Below, one piece after another: positions 19,556 to 30,000 of a stretch of 51,105 nucleotides of DNA. Source of the DNA: an uncultured Gammaproteobacteria bacterium (GTDB taxonomy: Bacteria; Patescibacteriota; Microgenomatia; Levybacterales; UBA12049); NCBI GenBank assembly GCA_964549385.1, contig CAZJVI010000002.1, positions 1 to 51,105 of the forward strand, given 5' to 3'. The notes under the pieces were generated by a model that had not been told where the DNA came from, searched no databases, and worked only from the letters and a program-made list of their open reading frames with translations. The first letter of the stretch is position 1, and every line of letters begins with the position of its first letter. Position numbers and translations under genes: made by a program.

Positions 19556-20122
19556 ATGGTAGATATATTACATCATCCTGGAGTGGTTCATGAATTTATA
19601 CGGGAGGAGACGCCATTATCAATAAGAAGAAAAAGATACTGTTTGCCTGGTGATGATAGGCCCCGGCAACACTTAATAGGAACACCAGACCTCTTCAAAG
19701 AAACACCCTTTGTATCATTGTCTAAGGAAGAGAGACAGAGAAAGACTGATCTTTTTCTTACAGATTATGATTTGGCTGAGGCATGGGAGGAAGACTTAAA
19801 AGCAACACAACGAGCTGCTACAGCAGCTCTTAATGAAGGGCTTATAGGACAATATTTGCTACTGCAACACAGTGCGCAAGAAAACACTAAAAAACTCTTG
19901 AATGCAGACCCGGATGAGCTAAAAAACATGAGAAGGAGCTACTTTCCTAAATCTATTAAGAGTTTAATGGCAATAGAATCAGCAGAGATGAGAGATAGAA
20001 GACTGGAAGCAGCAAATAGACACCTAACCGAAAAGATTAATACTGCTAAAGAAGCCGCAGAGCGAGCTCGTCTTGCTAGTTCTTCAGACACAATAGTACA
20101 AATTTTTCAAAGAAAAAAATAA
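19556..20122 (+). CDS. Hypothetical protein
   Basis: ORF only. The C-terminal half is helical and charged. The start is uncertain, and the listed ORF begins at a TTG at 19520. Confidence 0.35.
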   Translation: MVDILHHPGVVHEFIREETPLSIRRKRYCLPGDDRPRQHLIGTPDLFKETPFVSLSKEERQRKTDLFLTDYDLAEAWEEDLKATQRAATAALNEGLIGQYLLLQHSAQENTKKLLNADPDELKNMRRSYFPKSIKSLMAIESAEMRDRRLEAANRHLTEKINTAKEAAERARLASSSDTIVQIFQRKK

Positions 20123-20132
20123 ATACTCACTT

Positions 20133-23100
20133 TCAATTGACCACAAAATTGAGTATCTTTCCGGGAACGAGGATAACTTTCTTTACGCCATTTTCCAAAA
20201 ACTTTTTCACATGCTCATCTTCTCTTGCTCTCTTCTCAAGCAATTCCTTATTACTTCCATCCGCTACTGACACATCCATTGTTACGCGCAATTTACCATT
20301 CACCTGAACGGCAATTGTCACACTATCTTTCTTCAAATATTTTTCATCATAAATTGGCCACTCACTAGTATGAATAGAATGGAACCCTGTTCCCCGTTCC
20401 CTATTCCCTATTCCCTGATACAACTCCTCCGTCATATGCGGCGCAAATGGTGCCAAAAGTTTTAAGTAAACTTCCACTTCTTCTCTACTCAAGCTTTCCT
20501 GTTTTGCCAAAAAATTATAGTACGTCATAAGCTTTGCAATCGAAGTATTAAACCGCAAATTCTCCATATCCTCAGTAATCCCTTTGATCGTTTCATGCAT
20601 CATCTTCAAACTTTCCCTATTCTCTAGTCCCTGTTCCCCGTTCCCTGCTCCCTGCAACAACTTCCACACTCTCTTCAAAAAGCGGCTCATACCATCAATT
20701 CCACTGTCTCTGAAATCGCCGCCTTGATTAAATGGTCCCAAAAACAAAAGATACGTTCTCAAAGTGTCAGCACCGTATTTGCGGATATAATCATCAGGAT
20801 TGATGACATTGCCTTTACTTTTACTCATCTTTGAACCGTCTTTGATAATCAAACCATGAGCATAGAACCTCGTGAACGGCTCTTCGAAATCAACATATCC
20901 CATGTCCTTCAGTGCCATCATGAGGAATCGTGAGTAAAGCAAATGCAGAACAGAATGCTCAGCTCCACCGATATATGAAGTCACTGGTAACCAAACTCTT
21001 CTCTTTTCAGCACTTTCAATTTCACCCTTTGTAGCGCCTTTAAATTCTTGAGCTTTTTCTTTTGGCATTGGGAATGGAATATGTTTCAAATCCGTTGCCA
21101 AGTACCGTAAGAAATACCATGCGGAATCCAAAAAGGTATCTGAAACATCAGTTTCTCGAATTGCTTTGCCACCACAGTGTGGACATGTCGTCTCATAAAA
21201 TTCTGGATGATTCGCAAGCGGTGCTTTGCCCGTACCAAGCGGCTTGAAATTTTTAATGTATGGCAATAACACTGGCAAATTCTCTTCTGGGTACCAGCCG
21301 AGATTGTGAACCTCAACTTCTGGAAATTCCTCAAGAATTGTTGGGAATTCAAGAATGCCAGCACCAGCATTGAAATGTCCATGCTTTTTGAAAACTTTTA
21401 CTCGCGGGTTCAAAACGGTATATGTCTTTTCAACAGACAACGGAATATATGGATCATCATCTGAGAGATACAAAACTGTCTGGTTCACTGATTTTGCAAC
21501 ATCGTTAAGTTTCGCAGTTGATTTATTGAATGTCTTAATCACCTTTTCAGCATGATAGTATCCAGCTTTTCGCAATACTTCCCAATTTTTCTCGCCTTGT
21601 TCTTTTGCAGTTGGTGCAACAAGAATCAATTTCTCAACCGATAATTTACTTTGTCGGATAAATTCAATAGCAGTTGGCGCACCGAGACTGTGTGCAACAA
21701 TCGATACAGTATCTTTTTTTGTGATGCCGAGTTTTTTTAACGCGCCAGTCCACTCTGCAAGCGTTGGTGTATCTGCATTAGGCAAATCAGGAATGATAAC
21801 ATCATATCCCTTTGTTTCGATGAGCTTTTTAAACCAAGGGAGCCAATTCTCTTCACTGTTGCCTCCTAGTCCATGAAGCAATAGAACCTTAGGTTTTCTC
21901 TTTGCACATTCCGCACAATAAATCATTGGAATTGGCGGCCCCCAATATCTTTGACGTGAAATCAACCAATCTCGCAAATGATAGGTCACTTCCCTTTTAC
22001 CATATCCTTCCTTTTCAATATGATCCATGATCACAACAGTTGCTTTATGAATATCCATACCGTTTAAGAAACCTGAGTTGATCATCTTTCCTTCTTCTTC
22101 CTGTACTTGCTCTATTTTTATAATGGGAGAATCATCGTCATCTTTGCCCACAACAACTCGAATAATTTCTAGACCAAACTTCGTCGCAAACTCAAAGTCT
22201 CTTTTATCATGTCCAGGAACTCCAACCAGTGCACCGGTCCCAAAACCACCAAGAACGAAATCAGAAACCCAAATCGGCATCTGATATCCGGTCAAAGGAT
22301 TCATTGCATATAATCCAGTAAAGACACCTGTCTTTTCTTTCCCTTCTGCTTGTCGTTCTATTTCCGACTTGTTCATCGCTTTATCAACATATTGTTGGAT
22401 TTTCTTCACTAATTGAGCATCAGTTTTGACTACACCTTTTAATATCTTTGAAACGAGTTCATGCTCAGGAGCAAGTGCGATAAATGTTGCACCGAAGTTA
22501 GTGTCAGGTCGTGTTGTAAAAATTGTAACAGTTTCATTACTATCGGCGATTTTATATGTTATGTTAATTCCTTCTTTCTTTCCTATCCAATTTTTCTGTG
22601 CAAGTCGCACCTTTTCACTCCAATTCAAATCTTTAATATTATTGAGCAAAGGTTCAGCGTACTTCGTGATTTTGAAAAACCATTGTTCAAGATCTCTCTT
22701 CTCAACAATACTGCCGCAGCGTTCACACTGCCCATCAATCACTTGTTCATCAGATAAAACGGTCTTACATGATGGGCAAAAATTAACCGGAGAGTTTTTC
22801 TTATAAGCCAAACCTGATTTAAAAAGTTGTACAAAGATCCATTGAGTCCAGCGGTAATATTCAGGATCATAAGTCTCCAATTTATTTTTCCAGGCAAAAG
22901 CATTTCCTGTTTCATGTAATTGTCTATAAAAGTTTTTCTCCGTCCTCTTTGCGTGATCTACAGGATGGTCATTTGTTTTGATTGCATGGTTCTCGGAGTG
23001 AATGCCAAACCCATCAAGACCCATTGGTTGGAAAACCTCATACCCCATCATCCTCTTAAATCGACCAAATGCATCAACTCCTCCTGAAGTGTAACTAAAT

Positions 23101-23348
23101 CCGACATGTAACCCTTCTGCTGATGGATATGGGAACATCATCAAATTATAATAAAGTGTGCGTGACCTTTTGCTCTTCTTTTTAGCCTCGTTTACTGAAG
23201 CCCTTGAAGCTGATGGAGCCTTAGCAGTATCGAAGTCAGGCTGATAGATACCCTCCTTCCCCCATTTAGCTTGCCATTTCGGCTCAATCGTTAAATGGTC
23301 ATAACTTTTTTTCTTAATATTTTTTGTTTTAGCTTTATTTGTGCTCAT
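20133..23348 (-). CDS. leuS: Leucyl-tRNA synthetase with a nested alpha/beta serine-hydrolase domain
   Basis: CP1 editing motif TTRPDTNFGATF, KMSKSKGN, RQRYWGPPIPM and RETDVSDTFLDSAWYFLRY. It is 1071 aa long because of insertions (see findings). Confidence 0.92.
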   Translation of the reverse strand: MSTNKAKTKNIKKKSYDHLTIEPKWQAKWGKEGIYQPDFDTAKAPSASRASVNEAKKKSKRSRTLYYNLMMFPYPSAEGLHVGFSYTSGGVDAFGRFKRMMGYEVFQPMGLDGFGIHSENHAIKTNDHPVDHAKRTEKNFYRQLHETGNAFAWKNKLETYDPEYYRWTQWIFVQLFKSGLAYKKNSPVNFCPSCKTVLSDEQVIDGQCERCGSIVEKRDLEQWFFKITKYAEPLLNNIKDLNWSEKVRLAQKNWIGKKEGINITYKIADSNETVTIFTTRPDTNFGATFIALAPEHELVSKILKGVVKTDAQLVKKIQQYVDKAMNKSEIERQAEGKEKTGVFTGLYAMNPLTGYQMPIWVSDFVLGGFGTGALVGVPGHDKRDFEFATKFGLEIIRVVVGKDDDDSPIIKIEQVQEEEGKMINSGFLNGMDIHKATVVIMDHIEKEGYGKREVTYHLRDWLISRQRYWGPPIPMIYCAECAKRKPKVLLLHGLGGNSEENWLPWFKKLIETKGYDVIIPDLPNADTPTLAEWTGALKKLGITKKDTVSIVAHSLGAPTAIEFIRQSKLSVEKLILVAPTAKEQGEKNWEVLRKAGYYHAEKVIKTFNKSTAKLNDVAKSVNQTVLYLSDDDPYIPLSVEKTYTVLNPRVKVFKKHGHFNAGAGILEFPTILEEFPEVEVHNLGWYPEENLPVLLPYIKNFKPLGTGKAPLANHPEFYETTCPHCGGKAIRETDVSDTFLDSAWYFLRYLATDLKHIPFPMPKEKAQEFKGATKGEIESAEKRRVWLPVTSYIGGAEHSVLHLLYSRFLMMALKDMGYVDFEEPFTRFYAHGLIIKDGSKMSKSKGNVINPDDYIRKYGADTLRTYLLFLGPFNQGGDFRDSGIDGMSRFLKRVWKLLQGAGNGEQGLENRESLKMMHETIKGITEDMENLRFNTSIAKLMTYYNFLAKQESLSREEVEVYLKLLAPFAPHMTEELYQGIGNRERGTGFHSIHTSEWPIYDEKYLKKDSVTIAVQVNGKLRVTMDVSVADGSNKELLEKRAREDEHVKKFLENGVKKVILVPGKILNFVVN

Positions 23349-23704
23349 AAATAGAAGTATATCATACTCCTCTTTTCGGAAAAAGATGAATATTACATGC
23401 GTAAAAACTTATTTAGTAAATTAAATCAATATCCTGTAGCATAATTTACCTCCTGAGGCTGATTTATTTTCACAAAAAATGATATATTATGATATCCTTA
23501 ATTGAGGCGTGAAAACTACAATATTTTTTAATTTAAAATAAATTCCTGGTGAGTCTCAAGATTTAAGTCCTGTAACTATACATAGTTGTCCCTTTGCGAA
23601 TTTTAAAAATCATTACTTTTATAAAATAACCATTAAGCAACCTAAGAATTATTTGCAGTAACATTGTCTTTTTAACAAAAATAAACTACCATGGAGGAAG
23701 AAAA

Positions 23705-24460
23705 ATGAATACCCTAAGAATTCCAAAAAACAGTTCTTATCAATTAGTACCCCATACAATTATTATTTGTTTATTTGCTTATTTGTTTATTTGTTTATTC
23801 CCAACGCATGCGTTGGGTGATACTCTTTCGAATGGCAGTTATTCTATTAATGTCGGAAATATCGATACCAATCCCCAACCAACACAAAGACCAAAACAAA
23901 CATCTCAAGTTCTTGGAACTTCAGCACCTCAACCGGAATTCACTACCGGACCCAATTATACCGTAAACACTTCCAATGATTCGCTGTCAATAAATACGTC
24001 ACAAAATACCATTGACTATGGCATCCTTTCTTCTACAAATCCTGTTACCAGAATATCCAACATTTCATTTTCGAATTCGCAATTTGGCGCTGAAATACTT
24101 ACCTATGAAAATCGTCCATTGGAAACAATAAAAAATGATATTATTCAAAATACCAGTTGTGATGATGGCGATTGTTCTTCCTTTACAGCTGCTGTCTGGA
24201 CTAACACTTTGACTTATGGATTCGGATATCGTTGCGACAGTCAAGACTCGACACTTTGTGATCCACAATTTGCAAATGCAGATTATTTTAAGCAATATCC
24301 TGAAGATTCACTAGATGAGCTTGCCGAACCATTATTAATCAGTAATCATAGCAGTCATACAAACAAAGCCGTCGTAACATATAAAGTTAACATCCCAGGC
24401 ACACAAAAACCCGGCGCATACTATAATAGTATAACGTATCTAGCAGTGCCGGGATTCTAA
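23705..24460 (+). CDS. Secreted protein with a WxL-like C terminus (tentative)
   Basis: GGAGG precedes the ATG. Signal peptide ...ICLFPTHALG. The C-terminal GAYYNSITYLAVPGF resembles the distal WxL motif region of Firmicutes surface proteins. Confidence 0.4.
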   Translation: MNTLRIPKNSSYQLVPHTIIICLFAYLFICLFPTHALGDTLSNGSYSINVGNIDTNPQPTQRPKQTSQVLGTSAPQPEFTTGPNYTVNTSNDSLSINTSQNTIDYGILSSTNPVTRISNISFSNSQFGAEILTYENRPLETIKNDIIQNTSCDDGDCSSFTAAVWTNTLTYGFGYRCDSQDSTLCDPQFANADYFKQYPEDSLDELAEPLLISNHSSHTNKAVVTYKVNIPGTQKPGAYYNSITYLAVPGF

Positions 24461-24486
24461 GATAAAAAATAAATCGTGATGTATCT

Positions 24487-25599
24487 ATGAAAACGCAAAA
24501 ATACCCATTCGACAAGCTCAGGATCCTGAGTCAACCGAAAGACACTTCATCATACAAAAATAATAAATTTCCTCTACTCTTTTCTTCATTTGCCATTTGC
24601 CTTACCCTCTACTTCTCACTTCCGACTTTACAATTCACACCGCCTATTTATGCAGATGGAACATCTATCGAGGTTTCTCCATCTGTTTTGAAAATACAAG
24701 CCAAACCTCCGACAGATGTTTGGGCGCCTTTCATAATTAAAAATCAAAGTGATCAACAAGTTGAGCTGACAATTGGATATAAGGCAATTGATCCGCAGGC
24801 ATCTCAAAATGGCGCTGTTGTATTTCTAAAAAATGGAGAACCGGTTTCAGGTCAAGACAAAAAAATTTTTCAAAAAATGCAAATTGTCGATAACAACAAC
24901 ACTTCCCAAAATACACTCTTGCTCGGACCAAAACAATCCACCCGTCTAAGGTTACATATCATTCTTCCTGCCAATGAGCCAAGCAGTGATTACTATTTTT
25001 CTTTAATCTTTCTTCAAAACACCTCGGAAATTAATCAAAATATTACAAATAAAAACAATAGTGATCAATCTAGTATCTCAATACTTCAAACAGGGATTGC
25101 ATTAAATGTTTTGCTGGCTGTTGGAGATCAAGAAAATGCTCAAGGAACTATCAATACATTCAGTACTCCGTTCCTCCGAGAAGCAGGTCCTGTTCCCTTC
25201 GATCTTACTGTTTTTAACAGCGGTGCACATTTTATCTCCCCACATGGTCAAATACTCGTAAAAAACATGTTTGGACAAGCTATCGGCAAAATTACAATTC
25301 CTTCAACTACTATCCTTGCAGGTACAGGAAGAACCCTTACCAATAATGTCTTTGCCAATCCTTCTTTATATGGTTCATCTAACGCCTCTTTACAGAATTC
25401 AACCACATTGATCTGGCCTGAAAATTTTCTTTTGGGCAGGTATACAGCCACGCTATCACTTACTCTTTCATCAAATGGCCCAACATATACAAGAACAATT
25501 CAATTCTTTGCGCTTCCTGTTAATTATTTATTGAATATTAGCATTGGACTAGTAATCCTTTTACTCATCTATTTGAGGTTAAAGAAAAAAATGTCATGA
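24487..25599 (+). CDS. DUF916/DUF3324-like cell-surface protein with a C-terminal TM anchor (tentative)
   Basis: Signal sequence, Ig-like region SIEVSPSVLKIQAKPPTDVWAPFIIKNQSDQQVELTIGY, and C-terminal TM helix LLNISIGLVILLLIYLRLKKK. The pairing with a WxL-like gene mirrors WxL loci. Confidence 0.4.
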   Translation: MKTQKYPFDKLRILSQPKDTSSYKNNKFPLLFSSFAICLTLYFSLPTLQFTPPIYADGTSIEVSPSVLKIQAKPPTDVWAPFIIKNQSDQQVELTIGYKAIDPQASQNGAVVFLKNGEPVSGQDKKIFQKMQIVDNNNTSQNTLLLGPKQSTRLRLHIILPANEPSSDYYFSLIFLQNTSEINQNITNKNNSDQSSISILQTGIALNVLLAVGDQENAQGTINTFSTPFLREAGPVPFDLTVFNSGAHFISPHGQILVKNMFGQAIGKITIPSTTILAGTGRTLTNNVFANPSLYGSSNASLQNSTTLIWPENFLLGRYTATLSLTLSSNGPTYTRTIQFFALPVNYLLNISIGLVILLLIYLRLKKKMS

Positions 25600-27025
25600 G
25601 GCTTACAAACAAGATTAGCTTTGAATAAACCTAATTTTCTATTTATAGTTATTACAATAACATTACTAATAAGATATAAACAGGCCTTCTAGCTCAAATA
25701 AAAGGCATCTTTGCTGTTTTAGCCTCAAAAACTAGTGTTTAGATTGTAAAATCAATATTTTTTTCACTTATCACTAGCAAACATAATTTGCTAATATTTT
25801 CCTTCTTTATGCCTACTTTGTTTCAATTCACTAAATAGTTAATTTGCTATAGTTATATCCAGCAAGATATCATAAATACATCAGGTAATATATAAAAATA
25901 TATCATTACGGAAAATAAAATTCATAATCCCTTTTCCTCGTTGCTAAATCAAAATTCCACTTCATTTAAACATGAAACAACCTCTAATTTCTAATTAAGA
26001 ACTATTATGCTTTTTATTAGGATAGCAATTCATTGGCTACGCTATTTCCAAGCAATTAAAAGATTATGATTGCTAAAATTCGTGCAAGTATATCAAACTA
26101 TAGACGAATAAAGTATAATTATCACTTATTAGCTCATTCGGTAATTAAATACAAGATATTTTTATTAACCGAATTAGCTATCGTTTATTTAAACTATAGG
26201 AAAATAGTCCTTTATGAAATAATTTTCTCTTTTTACATTAATTCCTGACAAAAAAACTGTCATCTTATGACTCATATTTGAGGCTAAGAGTTTTAAGTAA
26301 GTAAAAAAGTACTCCTATCTTCAAATTATTTTTCACAAGCTAAAAAATACGACGGTATAGTCTATTTTTTGGATATAGTATGTATTTGTAATACTTCTTA
26401 TATTAAATATAGGTATATCTGCTGCTTCTTGATGCTATTTATTTTTCTGCGAAACAAGCTAACGGCTCACCCATCATCTGTGCTAAAAATCTAAGCTTTA
26501 CACTGTTATATCAATACAAATGAGCTTTTCTATATGCTAGCATAAGAACCTTATCTGTGCCAATTTAGCACATCACTCTATATTACTTATTATAAAGAGA
26601 ATAAATCGCACCTATATGCAAAAAATCTATTACTTTTTACATTGCACAATAAATACCCCATATCTTTTAGACTTTATAAATAAAAAAATTATCTTAATGC
26701 AAAAACTTAATAAAAAAATTATTTAGCCTCAAAAATGTCTTATATAATAGAAAAATATATGAACATTTTTGTTTTCACAACCCTATCTTATGTTTTCATG
26801 AGCTTTTCACAGTGAATAATGAGGAGGAATCATTTTTTTATTATTTCAAATAATATCACACTGTATCAATTCAGTTTTTCCTGGCTTGACAATGTGTATG
26901 CAAGTTTTATATCCTGGAATTAATAAAGATAAACTCTATTGATAATCGGTATAATCAGTATAATCTCGAAGCTATACGAAATTTTCCAAGTGTAAAATTA
27001 ATAGACTTTTCACAGAGGTAAAAAC

Positions 27026-30000
27026 ATGGATATAGTAAAAGAATTTAAAAATCATTTACTGACACAAAAAAATCCGCCCAGTCATCTAACGATAAAGAAT
27101 TATCTTTCTGATGTAAGAAGGTTCTTTAATTGGTTTGAAAATACTTATCAAACACCTTTTAATCCGCAATGGCTTAACAAAGAAGTCATTTGTCGCTATC
27201 AGAATGAAATCCAATTAACAGGACAGAGTTCTCTCTCAGCAGCCAGTTCGATAAAACGATATCTTTCTTCTCTTCGCAAATTCACAAGCTTTCTAGAAGA
27301 ATCTGGAGCCATAAATACCAACCCGTTTTCACTCCTTCAACAAGTAGAGCCTCAAACTGATCCATTTTTCTTTAAAGAATTTAAAAATTATCTTTTCACC
27401 GAACACGCAAGCAGGCTAACAATAAAAAATTACCTTGCAGATCTTAGACAATTTATTGACTGGCTAGAACAAGTAACGAGTAAAGGTAATTCTGAAGCTA
27501 ATCAGCCTCAAAATAGCAATCTACTGCAATCGATTGATAATTACGTTTTGGAACAGTATAAGACAAGGCTCCTGAACGAAGCCAAACTCTCCCCTATATC
27601 CATTAACCGTAAACTTTCATCACTACGGAGATACGTACGATGGTTGAATGAAAAAGGAATACTCGAAGATATTCTTATCCAGCCATACTCAGAACCTGAA
27701 AATAAAAAAGTCGAAATCAAAGAAGAAAATCCGCCTGTTCAAGTGCAAATGCCTGAATTACCGTTAACGGTTTTGCAGGGAATGTCTGAAGAAGACGAAA
27801 AAATTAAAACCAATTATTCACGGTTTGCCCCTTTCAGATTGATGCAAAAAACTACAAAAGCTATCAATCTAGGTACTGATTTGCTATTTTTTGGTCCTAT
27901 AGCCCATGTTGCCGAAGCTATTCATTATTCAATCTGGAAAAGCGGAAAAAAAACAATTTTTGCGCCAGTAAAGACTATTCTTAAGACTTCTTCATATATT
28001 CCTACAGGAGTATCAGTCAAAACAATTATCCCAAAAGCATCAAGCATTATGCCACCACGATCTGCTAATTTAGCTTCGGTTTTGGACAAAATACAACAAT
28101 ATCGAATAGCTTCCAAGCCTGAAACAGTTCATAACTTTGCCAAAGCTCTCTATGCTCCTTTAAAACTTTCGACTCAAAGCATGGACTGGAAGCAAAAAGT
28201 TCTTTATCACATTCGATACACTAGACCAAACTGGTACAGAAACTATCATTCTTTTGCTTTTGTCCATTACTTACATATCGGCATTCTGATAATGGCAACA
28301 GTTATTTCAGGAGCTACTTTATTTATAACCTGGTATGGAACAGGCTCAAGCCAAAAACAAGCAGTTCTCGCAGCTCAAGACACTGCGCCACCACGGACAC
28401 TATCCTTCCAAGGAAGACTACTCGATAACACCGACACACCCATAACCGCAGAGACACCTCTGCGGTTTGCTCTGTATAATAGCCCCGCTGCATCAGGTGC
28501 TGCACTTCTTTGGCAAGAAACTCAAGATATCAAACCGGATCAAAACGGACACTTCACTGCAACTCTCGGTGAAAGAAATCGATTAGATCAAAATGTCTTC
28601 ACCAATAATCCTTCGCTTTATATTGGACTCACCGTAGGGAACAATCAAGAACTCACGCCTAGACAACAAATTCCAACGACCGAATATGCTGCTAATTCGC
28701 AAACTGTTGAAGGGCTCCCGCCTATCACTGATAATCCTGATGTAGCTCAAAATGTGCTTCTTGCCCTTGATTCTTCTGGCAATTTAACTATAGGTGGAAA
28801 CTCAAGCCATACCTTCCAGGCAACTGGAGGCCAATTTAGTATAATCGGTCAAACACTATCGCTTACTACAAACTCTGGATCAAATGGCGATATAAAAATT
28901 GCTCCTGACGGATCGGGAATTATTGATCTTGAAAAACCTATTCAAAATATATCAAACTATACCGGACCATCAGGTATCCCAGGTGCCCTGGAGGTCGATG
29001 ATTTACTGTCAGTTTTTGCTACCTCAAGTAGTCAATCAGCCCTTACTGTCAACCAAAACGGTACAGGCGAAATCATTAGCGGAAAGAGTCATGGAACTGA
29101 TAAATTCACCATTGATACCAATGGTAATGAGTTTATAAAGGGTAATCTTATCCTCGATGGTGATACTATAAACACTAATTCGACAGTCTTTGATATAGCA
29201 GGATCTAGTGTCAGGAGCCTTAGCATCGGCGATCATGCGTCTATTATTTCTTTGGGAGGATCAAGCGGCATCACATCAATCAATAATAGTTTGTCCGTTC
29301 AAGGATCTGTTACTGCCAATGGACTCATTACTGCTAATGCAGGACTAACTATCAGCTCGGGACAAAAATTAACACTTCCCGACTTTAGCCCGAATGGCAT
29401 TCCTTTCATCAATGGCAATAATCAAATGGTTCAAGATGCAGGAAGCTTTTCATGGGACGATGCAAATAAAATATTAAATGTTTTTGGAACGATGTGTGTT
29501 CAAGACAGCTCTACTACCTGTAATGCAAGCCCAGGAACAATTTATGCAGCTTCTTATCAAGCCGCACCTGCTGACCTTGCTGAGAATTATGTCTCATCAC
29601 AACAGCTTCAACCAGGCAATGTCGTCACTCTTGAAGGGCAAGGAAACACTGAAGCAATTCGTGAATCGACAACGCCTTACCAGAAAGAGCTTATCGGAAT
29701 CATATCAACTAAACCTGGAATTACTTTAAATTCTGATGCTAAAGCTGACTCGACTCATCTTTATGTTTATCCTGTCGCGCTCCAAGGGAGAGTCCCGGTG
29801 AAAATTTCAAGCATTAACGGTGCTATCAAAGCCGGAGATAATATCACCTCTTCTTCAATTCCTGGTGTTGCTATGGATGCAAGCGGCTCTGGACAAATCA
29901 TCGGTAAAGCTCTTGAATCCTATACTGATCCAAACCCTAACGATGTGGGTCAGATAATGGTTTTTGTGAACCTCTCCTCTCAAACATCTCCAACTGCAAT

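Noticed and set aside
21297-21900. The LeuRS insertion as an intein
   Set aside because: There is no N-terminal Cys/Ser splice nucleophile context, no block B TxxH and no C-terminal HN plus Cys/Ser/Thr. The sequence instead shows alpha/beta-hydrolase motifs (HGLGG, HSLG).
23349-23704. A T-box leader upstream of leuS
   Set aside because: I found no T-box consensus (AAUUAGGGUGGUACCGCG-like) and no specifier or terminator architecture on the minus strand.
26066-26248. The 60-aa ORF inside the AT-rich gap
   Set aside because: Its Ile/Tyr/Lys/Asn-rich composition simply reflects AT-rich DNA, and there is no start context.
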